DNA of 64,000 bases from positions 4,398,264 through 4,462,263 of the forward strand of contig OZ245817.1 of the NCBI GenBank assembly GCA_965228475.1. The letters run 5' to 3'. Source of the stretch: Myxococcota bacterium (GTDB lineage Bacteria; Myxococcota_A; UBA9160; JAFDDA01). Positions 43,100-50,333 of the stretch are shown piece after piece. The notes beneath the pieces are model-generated. The model made no database searches. It saw only the letters and a program-made list of their open reading frames with translations, and had not been told where the DNA came from. Numbering within the stretch: the first letter of the stretch is position 1; each line of letters begins with the position of its first letter. The position numbers and the translations under genes are program-made.

Positions 43100-43873
43100 G
43101 TGCTGCCCTACATCGAACAGCCCGTCCTCGACCTCGGCTTCTACCGCATCGAAGCGTTCCCCGTCCTCGCGCTCCTCGCGATCGTGGCGCAGTTCCAGAT
43201 CACGCTGCGGCGCGCGCCGACGGCGGGCATCTCCCGGCGCGACGCCTCCTCGCTCTGCGGCTGGGCCATCGCCCTCGGCCTCGTCGCCGCCCACGTCTTC
43301 GACGTCATCGCCTACCAGCCCCAAGCGCTCCTCGAGAACCCGATCATCCTGTTCACGATCTGGAGCAGCCTCTCGTCCTTCGGCGGAATGCTCGGCGGCA
43401 TCGGGGGGCTGGCCTTCCTCATGCACCGCCGGGGCATGAGCGCCGAGGACCAGATCCGCTTCGTCGACACCCTGATCTACGCCCTGCCCTTCACCCTGGC
43501 GATCGGCCGCTTCGGCTGCGGGCTCCTGCACGATCACCCGGGCCGCGCCTCGACCCACTGGCTGGCCGTCGACTTCCCCGACGTCTCGCGCTTCGACACC
43601 GGGCTGCTCGAATCCTTCTACACCGCGGCGATCGCGGCGCTCTTCCTCGTGCTCGGGCGCAAGCCGCGGCCGGCGGGCTTCTTCATCGGCGCCTTCTTCC
43701 TGCTCTATGGGCCGGTGCGCTTCCAGCTCGACGCCCTGCGCATCATGGAGGCGCGCTACCTCGGCTGGACGCCGGGCCAGTACCTCTCCATCGTGGCGAC
43801 GGTGGTGGGCGCGGGCGTGCTCTTCTGGGCGCTGCGGCGCGGCTCGGTTCAGGAGCGGCGCACGGCGGTCTGA
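43100..43873 (+). CDS. lgt: Prolipoprotein diacylglyceryl transferase family protein
   Basis: Polytopic membrane protein. SSFGGMLGG and AIGRFGCGLLHDHPG are Lgt-like. Confidence 0.7.
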   Translation: MLPYIEQPVLDLGFYRIEAFPVLALLAIVAQFQITLRRAPTAGISRRDASSLCGWAIALGLVAAHVFDVIAYQPQALLENPIILFTIWSSLSSFGGMLGGIGGLAFLMHRRGMSAEDQIRFVDTLIYALPFTLAIGRFGCGLLHDHPGRASTHWLAVDFPDVSRFDTGLLESFYTAAIAALFLVLGRKPRPAGFFIGAFFLLYGPVRFQLDALRIMEARYLGWTPGQYLSIVATVVGAGVLFWALRRGSVQERRTAV

Positions 43874-44463
43874 TAGGCCCAGACCGCCACGATCAGACCC
43901 GCCGGCAGATCCACGAACCAGTGCTGCCGGGTCGCCATCGTCGCGTAGAAGATCAGACCGCCCCAGACGAGCCCGGCCGCGAGGAGCAGCGGCTTCTTCC
44001 GGCCGAACACGTGGGCGGCGAAGAGCAACGAATACACGGTCAATCCCGCGTGCAGGGACGGGAACGAGTTCGAAGGGCGGTCGACGCCGACGATCGCCCG
44101 GTAGACCGCGTGGTCCGGTACCTCCGCCGGCCGCGGCCCCTCGACGGGCATGAGCAGGAAGAACGCGAAGCACACGAAGCAGAGCCGGAAGAGGCCCTTC
44201 GCATAGCGAAGGAGATCCGCGCGGCGCTCGGCCAGGAGGGGCGCGAGCGGAACGAGCAGCGCGAGGGAGGCATAGGGCCATACCCAGGCCGGGTCGAAGG
44301 CGACGAGGCCGTCGATGGGGGTCGCGGGCACGTCGCGCGTCGGGAAGAGATGAACGCGCTGGAGGGTGAAGTAGGGGACGCAGATCCCGACGGCGAGCCC
44401 GAGCCAGACGGCGACCTTGGTGCGGAGTTCGGCGCCGAAGCGAGCGGCCAGGCTAGAAGCCAA
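43849..44463 (-). CDS. PAP2-superfamily membrane phosphatase/transferase
   Basis: SFPSLHAG ... TRQHWFVD phosphatase motifs. The 3' end overlaps the convergent lgt by 25 nt. Confidence 0.7.
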   Translation of the reverse strand: MASSLAARFGAELRTKVAVWLGLAVGICVPYFTLQRVHLFPTRDVPATPIDGLVAFDPAWVWPYASLALLVPLAPLLAERRADLLRYAKGLFRLCFVCFAFFLLMPVEGPRPAEVPDHAVYRAIVGVDRPSNSFPSLHAGLTVYSLLFAAHVFGRKKPLLLAAGLVWGGLIFYATMATRQHWFVDLPAGLIVAVWAYQTAVRRS

Positions 44464-45559
44464 GTTCGTCCGCGATGCGCGCCCGGTGCCAGGTGGCGTC
44501 CCCGAGCAGCTCGAGGCTCGACCGCGCGCGCTTGTAATAGTGGTGCGGGGCGGCTTCGTCGGTCACGCCGATCCCGCCGTGGATCTGGATGTTGCTCGCC
44601 GCGCACTGCTGGTAGGCCTCGCTGCAGAGCGACTTGGCGAGGCTCGCGGCCTGGGGCAGCTCGGCGTCGCCTTCGGCGCAGGCCCAGGCGGCCCAGTAGG
44701 CCGCCGTCCGCGCGCCCTCGAGGGCGAGCAGCATGTCCGCACACCTGTGCTTGATCGCCTGGAACGCGCCGATCGGACGGCCGAACTGCATGCGCTCCTT
44801 GGCGTAGGCCACGGCCATCTCGAGGCACGCCTCGGCGCCGCCGAGGCACTCGAGGGCGAGCTGCGCGGCCGCCTCGTCGAGGGCCCGCGCGAGGCCGGCC
44901 GCGGCGTCGCCGCCGACCCGCACCGCCCGCGCCCCGTCGAGCTCGAGGTCCGCGAGCCGGCGCGTCGGGTCGAGGGTGGGCTGCGCGCTCGCCTTCGTTC
45001 CCGGAGCACCGGCCTCGAGCGCGAAGAGCGCCAGGCCGTCGGGCGCCCGCGCCACGACGAGCAGCAGGTCCGCCGTGTGGCCATCGACGACGAAACGTTT
45101 CGCGCCGTCGAGCATGAAGACGTCCCCGTCGGCGCGGGCCGTCATCGTGACGTCCGAGACGTCCCAGCTCGAACCCTCGACCCAGGCGAGGGTGGCCGTG
45201 CGCCGTCCGGAGGCGACGTCCGGCAGCCAGGCCGCGTGGTCCGCAGCGTCGCCGACGTGAACCAGCGCCGGCGTCGCGAGGCAGGCGGTCGCGAAGAACG
45301 GCGTGCAGGCGAGGGTGCGCCCGAGCTCCTCCTGGACGATGCCGAGTTCCAGGGGCCCGAAGCCCTGGCCGCCGTGGGCCTCGGCGATGGCGATCCCGGG
45401 CAGGCCGAGCTCTTCGCTCATGGCCTTCCATAGCGCCGGGGCCCAGCCCTCGGCGCGGGCGCTCGCCTCGCGAACCTCGCTGAGCGGCGAGCGCTCGGCG
45501 AGGAAGCGCCGGATCTCGGCGCGGAAGGCTTCCTGTTCTTCACCGAATGCGAAGTTCAT
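44453..45559 (-). CDS. Acyl-CoA dehydrogenase family protein
   Basis: MNFAFGEEQEAF... and ...QFGRPIGAFQAIKHRCAD... Confidence 0.85.
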   Translation of the reverse strand: MNFAFGEEQEAFRAEIRRFLAERSPLSEVREASARAEGWAPALWKAMSEELGLPGIAIAEAHGGQGFGPLELGIVQEELGRTLACTPFFATACLATPALVHVGDAADHAAWLPDVASGRRTATLAWVEGSSWDVSDVTMTARADGDVFMLDGAKRFVVDGHTADLLLVVARAPDGLALFALEAGAPGTKASAQPTLDPTRRLADLELDGARAVRVGGDAAAGLARALDEAAAQLALECLGGAEACLEMAVAYAKERMQFGRPIGAFQAIKHRCADMLLALEGARTAAYWAAWACAEGDAELPQAASLAKSLCSEAYQQCAASNIQIHGGIGVTDEAAPHHYYKRARSSLELLGDATWHRARIADELGF

Positions 45560-45706
45560 GGGCGGGAGGAGCCAGCGATGAGGGCGGCGGGAGGGCCGGG
45601 CGTCATGGTGGCGGGAGGGTAAGGGGCCTTCGAGAAGTCGGCCCCCGCCAATCCACCCCGGGCGGGTTCCTGTTACACCGGAGCAGTCTGACGGGGGCCG
45701 TCGAAA

Positions 45707-45720
45707 TAGAACCTGTTACA
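45707..45720. promoter_or_regulatory. KstR-type operator-like palindrome (degenerate)
   Basis: TAGAACCTGTTACA. Confidence 0.45.
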
Positions 45721-45728
45721 ATTATTAT

Positions 45729-45742
45729 TAGAACACGTTCCA
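45729..45742. promoter_or_regulatory. KstR-type operator-like palindrome
   Basis: TAGAACACGTTCCA, 22 nt (start to start) from the previous box, in an AT-rich island between divergent ACAD genes. Confidence 0.55.
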
Positions 45743-45819
45743 GCCCGTTGTGCAACCATGAATCGGAGCGGGCCGGCCGCCGAGGCCGCCCCCCACAGAA
45801 AAAGCCTTCGAGGACGAGC

Positions 45820-47004
45820 ATGTACGTCGATTTCACCGCCGAGCAGGACGCCCTTCGCATGCGCATCCGCGCCTACTACGAGGGGCTCCTGACCCCCGAG
45901 ATCCGGGCGGAGCTGGCGGCGGAGGAGGACGGCGGCGCCGGCGGAACGGCCTACCGGCGGGTCGTCGCCCAGATGGGCAAGGACGGCTGGCTCGGCGTCG
46001 GCTGGCCCGAGGAGTACGGCGGCCAGGGCTTCACCCCGATCGAGCAGTTCATCTTCTGGGACGAGACCTACCGCGCGCGGGCGCCGCTTCCGATCATCCC
46101 GGTCAACACGATCGGCCCGGCGATCATGCAGTTCGGCAACGAGGTGCAGAAGAAGGAGTACCTCCCGCCGATCCTGCGCGGCGAACTCCACTTCGGCGTC
46201 GGCTACACCGAGCCCGGCTCGGGCACGGACCTGGCCTCTCTCACCACCCGGGCCGACCGCGTCGGCGACGAGTACATCGTGAACGGTCAGAAGATCTTCA
46301 CGACCCACGGCCACGACTGCGACTACATCTGGCTCGCGGCGCGCACGGACCCGGATGCGCCGAAGCACAAGGGCATCTCGATCCTGCTCGTCCCGACGAG
46401 CGCCGAGGGCTACTCGGTCACGCCGATCCACACCCTCGGCGGCGAGCGGACCAACGCCACCTACTACGAGAACGTGCGCGTGCCCGTGAGCAATCTGGTC
46501 GGGCCCGAGAACGGCGGGTGGTCGCTCGTCGTCTCTCAGCTGAACCACGAGCGCATCACCCTCGCGACGCCCGGCACCGCCGACCGCCTGCTCGAGGAGG
46601 TCTGGCGCTGGGCCGCCGCGACCGATTCACCCGAGGGCGGGAAGATGATCGAGCGCGAGTGGGTGCAGACGAACCTCGCCCGGATCTACGCGAAGCTCGA
46701 AGCGCTGAAGCTCCTGAACTGGCGCTCCGCGTGGTCCCTCACCGCGGGGCACCCGCGCATGGAGGAGGCCAGTGCCGTCAAGGTGATGGGGACGGAGTTC
46801 TTCGTCGAGTGCTACCGGCTGCTGCTCGAGATCACTGGCGAGGCGGGGCTCGTGCGCGGCGGGGAGCCGGGCATGCTCTTCGGCGGGCTGCTCGAGCACG
46901 CCTATCGCAGCGCGGTCACGCTGACCTTCGGCGGCGGGGTGAACGAGGTCCAGCGCGACATCATCGCCATGGCCGGCCTCTCGCTGCCGCGGGCGCGGCG
47001 CTAG
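45820..47004 (+). CDS. Acyl-CoA dehydrogenase family protein
   Basis: Start at MYVDFTAEQDAL. YTEPGSGTDL and GGGVNEVQRDIIA. Confidence 0.85.
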   Translation: MYVDFTAEQDALRMRIRAYYEGLLTPEIRAELAAEEDGGAGGTAYRRVVAQMGKDGWLGVGWPEEYGGQGFTPIEQFIFWDETYRARAPLPIIPVNTIGPAIMQFGNEVQKKEYLPPILRGELHFGVGYTEPGSGTDLASLTTRADRVGDEYIVNGQKIFTTHGHDCDYIWLAARTDPDAPKHKGISILLVPTSAEGYSVTPIHTLGGERTNATYYENVRVPVSNLVGPENGGWSLVVSQLNHERITLATPGTADRLLEEVWRWAAATDSPEGGKMIEREWVQTNLARIYAKLEALKLLNWRSAWSLTAGHPRMEEASAVKVMGTEFFVECYRLLLEITGEAGLVRGGEPGMLFGGLLEHAYRSAVTLTFGGGVNEVQRDIIAMAGLSLPRARR

Positions 47005-47086
47005 TTCTCACACGCGGCGCTAGTTCTCACACGCGGCGCTAGTTCTCACACGCGGCTCCAGCTCGCGCGTGCGGCGCTAGTTCGCG
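46997..47086. repeat. 19-bp tandem repeat: three perfect copies, one degenerate copy and one partial copy
   Basis: The unit GGCGCTAGTTCTCACACGC occurs three times (46997..47053), followed by ggctccagctcgcgcgtgc and ggcgctagttcgcg. The first copy holds the TAG of the + gene. The last holds the CTA (stop) of the convergent - gene. Confidence 0.85.
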
Positions 47087-47838
47087 GCGCCGAACACCTT
47101 CTTCAGGAGATCCGTGCTGCGGGCCGCCGGCTCCTTGCGGATCTTCGTTTCTTCCTGCGCGAGCACGGTGAACAGGCCCGAGAGCGCGCCGTCGGTCACG
47201 TGGTTGCGCAGGTCCGGCGGCTGCTGCCTCGAGAAGGCGGAGAGCGGGTTCGCCTCGTAACGGGCGACGAGGTCGTCGTAGAGCTTCACGAGGCCGACGG
47301 CCGACATCTTCTCCTCGACGATCGGCGCGAAGCGCCCGCGCAGCTCGTCGGAGGTCGTGCGCCGGAAGTAGTCCGTCGCGGCGGTGTCGCCGCCCTCGAG
47401 GATCCCGAAGGCATCCTCGATCGTCATCTGCTGGACGCCGTTCCAGAAGACCGAGGCCGCCTCCCCCGCCGCCTGCTCCGCCGCGCGGTTCATGGCGATC
47501 TCGAGCTCGTCGACCTGGCGCCCCATGCCGACGGCGCGCAGCGTCTTGGTCATCGTCCCGAGGGATTCGGGCGTGTGGATGCGGATCAGCTCGTTCGCGA
47601 GGAAGCCGTCGAGCTTCGAAGTGCTCGCGACCGTCCGGTCCGTTCCGACGCGCAGGGCCTCCTTCAGGCCCGCCACGACGGTCCCCGCATCGAGGGCGGC
47701 GTTCTGGGTCACCCCCGCCTGCTCGAGCACGGCGTTCAGGTCCGAGAACTTCGGCCCGCCGTCGGCGCAGCCCGTCACGAAGACGAACGGCAGGACTGCG
47801 AACCAGCTGGCGGAGCCGAGCGAGAACCGATCATGCAT
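47077..47838 (-). CDS. DUF4197-like lipoprotein
   Basis: Lipobox FVFVTGC. VAGLKEALRVGT...MNRAAEQAA...TIEDAFGILEGGDTAATDYF pattern. Confidence 0.7.
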   Translation of the reverse strand: MHDRFSLGSASWFAVLPFVFVTGCADGGPKFSDLNAVLEQAGVTQNAALDAGTVVAGLKEALRVGTDRTVASTSKLDGFLANELIRIHTPESLGTMTKTLRAVGMGRQVDELEIAMNRAAEQAAGEAASVFWNGVQQMTIEDAFGILEGGDTAATDYFRRTTSDELRGRFAPIVEEKMSAVGLVKLYDDLVARYEANPLSAFSRQQPPDLRNHVTDGALSGLFTVLAQEETKIRKEPAARSTDLLKKVFGAAN

Positions 47839-47861
47839 CCACGTGCCCTCCTGGCCCTTGC

Positions 47862-48224
47862 TTAGCGCATGTCGTCGAGGGCGGCGGCAGCGGCCTTCTC
47901 GGCGTCGTCGGCCTCTTCCTCGATCGCATCGCCGAGGTCTTCGGCGCCCTGCTCGATGCCGGCGGCCACGTCGGTCGCCGTCTCCTCGGCGGCGGCCGCG
48001 ACGTCCCGAGCCGCATCTTCCGCGGCGTCGACCATCTCACGAGCCGCTTCGGTGCCCTCTTCGACGGCGCGCTCGGCCGCTTCCTTGGCTTCCGCGGCGG
48101 CTTCCTTCGCACGTGTCTCCATCCGGGCCATGGCGTCCGGCGTCGTCGCGTCTTCCTGCGCGTCTCCGCAGCCGATCATGGTGAACCCGAGCACGGCGGC
48201 GAGCAGCATTCCCTTGCGAACCAT
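47862..48224 (-). CDS. Small Ala/Glu-rich lipoprotein
   Basis: ATG 8 nt after AGGAGG. Lipobox FTMIGCG. The upstream part of the track ORF is Arg-rich shadow. Confidence 0.6.
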   Translation of the reverse strand: MVRKGMLLAAVLGFTMIGCGDAQEDATTPDAMARMETRAKEAAAEAKEAAERAVEEGTEAAREMVDAAEDAARDVAAAAEETATDVAAGIEQGAEDLGDAIEEEADDAEKAAAAALDDMR

Positions 48225-48313
48225 GTTCATTCCCTCCTGAGGACGCGATCGGTCCTCGCACAAAGATCGGGGCGACGCCCGAAGGCGCCGCCCCGAAGTG
48301 GCGGACAGTCGTT

Positions 48314-49294
48314 CTAGCGGACCCGGACGCCCAGAGCCTCGACCGTCGCGATCGTCAGGTTGCCCGTGGGCAGACCCTTCGCACGCTGGAAGGCGTTCAC
48401 GGCGGTCATGGTCTGGCCACCGAGCTGGCCGTCGATCGGGCCCGGCTCGTGGCCGGCGGCCTGCAGCGCGCGCTGGATGTCGCGCACGATGCCGGGCGAA
48501 ACGTTCGTCTCGCACAGGATCTCACGCCAGGCCATCTGGCCCTCGGTCACCTTCGCGGTGCGGGTCACGGTCTGGTACTCGGCCGGGATCTCGATCGTGC
48601 GGCTCTTCTCCGGCTCGACCAGGCGTCGAACGCGGACCGTCTCGTACTTGGCCGGGATCTCGATCTTGCGCGTCGTCGGCCCCGCCGTCATCACGCGCTT
48701 GCGCACGGACTTGTACTCCTCGGGGATGGCGATCTCACGCGTGGTCGCCGCCGACTTCAGGACGCGCTTGCGCACGACCTTGTAGGTCGCCGGAACCTCG
48801 ACGAGGCACAGGATCTCGCCCGTCGTGTTGTTGACGCGCTCGATCGGGCCGCGGCCCTTCTTCCAGACGGTGTGGGCGGGCTGGTCGAGCACGCGCTCTT
48901 CCGTCCACTCGTAGACGGCCGGAACCTCGACGATCTGCTTGCTGGCCGGCTTCACGAGGACCTCTTCCGTGCGCCACTCGTACTGGGCCGGAACGACCTC
49001 GAGCCGCTCGGAGGCTTCCTGCACGAGAACCTGCTCGGTGGCCCACTCGTAGCGAGCCGGGATGACCTCGATCTTGGTGCTGGCTTCGCGCTTCAGCACG
49101 TCGTAGGAGTCCGTGCGGAACGTCGCCGGAACGAACACGCGGGCGTAGCACTCGCCGGGGTTCGCCGAGGGCGGAAGCAGGTCGGCACCGACGAACTTCG
49201 CCGGGGCGGCGCCGACGGGCGGCGCATCTTGGGCGCTCGCCATCGGGGCGACGCCGAGGGCGACGACGGCCGCCAGGGTGGTCGTGAACTTCAT
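48314..49294 (-). CDS. Secreted protein with seven (I/V)PxxYE-type repeats of about 20 aa and a C-terminal peptidoglycan-binding domain
   Basis: Signal peptide ...APMASA-QD. Repeats include EVIPARYEWATEQVLV, EVVPAQYEWRTEEVLV and EIPAKYETVRVRRLV. PG_binding_1-like IVRDIQRALQAAGHEPGPIDGQLGGQTMTAVNAFQRAKGLP. Confidence 0.8.
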   Translation of the reverse strand: MKFTTTLAAVVALGVAPMASAQDAPPVGAAPAKFVGADLLPPSANPGECYARVFVPATFRTDSYDVLKREASTKIEVIPARYEWATEQVLVQEASERLEVVPAQYEWRTEEVLVKPASKQIVEVPAVYEWTEERVLDQPAHTVWKKGRGPIERVNNTTGEILCLVEVPATYKVVRKRVLKSAATTREIAIPEEYKSVRKRVMTAGPTTRKIEIPAKYETVRVRRLVEPEKSRTIEIPAEYQTVTRTAKVTEGQMAWREILCETNVSPGIVRDIQRALQAAGHEPGPIDGQLGGQTMTAVNAFQRAKGLPTGNLTIATVEALGVRVR

Positions 49295-49431
49295 GGGGGA
49301 TCCTCTTTCGTTTCAGTGGTTCGGGTCACGACCCGGCGCCTCGCGCCGGGTCCGCATTCAACCGGTGCGGTTCTTCTTCCGCACCCGGCACAATGCTTCG
49401 TGTTTCCGGAACGTCACGAAAACGATCGGCC

Positions 49432-49773
49432 CTACTCACTTTCCCGAAGCGGCGGGGTTTCGCGAGGGGGATCGGCCTCGGGAGCCTCGGGGCGAACCGC
49501 CGTGGCGAGGCGCCGCGCGACGGGCAGGACCGTCGAGGAGAAGAATCCGAGGGTGCAGAGGTCGACGAGGTCGTGCGCCATCAGGCGGACGTTCACCCGC
49601 GCGCGAACGCGCTCGACGAGCCCCGGCGGCTCGGGGCTCTCGTCCTCGCCCAGGCTCGAGAGCAGCAGCCGGGCGACGGTGCGGTCCCAGACCGGCGACC
49701 CTTCGGAAGAGAGGCCCGGGGCTTCCGGGTCGAGGGGAGAGTCGCCCGGAGCGCCCGGCTCCGGGCGAGACAT
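49432..49773 (-). CDS. Small membrane protein, paralog of the mini anti-sigma-like protein at 53649..53900
   Basis: Shares the pattern EDxSxxPxxLxExxxxxVRAxxxxRxxxxDL(I/V)DLxTLxF. Begins 1 nt after the DUF4332 gene stop. Confidence 0.5.
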   Translation of the reverse strand: MSRPEPGAPGDSPLDPEAPGLSSEGSPVWDRTVARLLLSSLGEDESPEPPGLVERVRARVNVRLMAHDLVDLCTLGFFSSTVLPVARRLATAVRPEAPEADPPRETPPLRESE

Positions 49774-49774
49774 C

Positions 49775-50182
49775 TCAGTACTCGACCTTGCGCGGGAGCT
49801 CCGCGGCCTGGGCCACCCAATCCGTGACCTGCTTGGCGGAGGGAACCTGGCGGGTGAGCTTCTTTTCCTCGTTCACCTCGGCCATCTTGGCGGCGAGGTT
49901 CTCGGCGTTGCGCTGGGCGAGCTCCTTCACCGTGTCGACGCCCGAGCACTCGAGCAGCTCCGCGTACTCGCCGGCGACGCCCTTGATGCGGAAGAGATCG
50001 GCCATGTTCACCCAGCCGAGCACGAGCTTGTCGGAGAGGTCGCACTTCTCCGCGATCTCCTTGCGGCCCTTGGGCGTGCAGCCCTTCTCGAGCAGGTCGT
50101 CCGTGGTCTTGATGCCCGCGGCCTCGAGCTTCTCGCCGTAGGCGGGGCCGATGCCTTCGATCTCCTGGATGGGCTTTCCCAT
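49775..50182 (-). CDS. DUF4332 (tandem helix-hairpin-helix-like) protein
   Basis: IQEIEGIGPAYGEKLEAAGIKTTDDLL and LFRIKGVAGEYAELLECSGVDTVKELA. Confidence 0.75.
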   Translation of the reverse strand: MGKPIQEIEGIGPAYGEKLEAAGIKTTDDLLEKGCTPKGRKEIAEKCDLSDKLVLGWVNMADLFRIKGVAGEYAELLECSGVDTVKELAQRNAENLAAKMAEVNEEKKLTRQVPSAKQVTDWVAQAAELPRKVEY

Positions 50183-50333
50183 TGCGTTCCTCCTTGGTTG
50201 CGGGCCTGTCCATCGGACCCGCTGCGGGCAGCATATCTCGCTGCGCCGACGGGTCCGGCGGGAACGGGCAAACCGCCCGACGTTTTCTCGGAGTTCAATG
50301 CAACGGACGGCGGCGGCGTCACACCGCGGGAGG

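Noticed and set aside
43849-43873. 25-nt overlap of the convergent lgt and PAP2 3' ends, considered as a possible frameshift or mis-annotation
   Set aside because: Both reading frames stay protein-like to their stops. Short convergent overlaps occur in compact high-GC genomes. I see no evidence of disruption.
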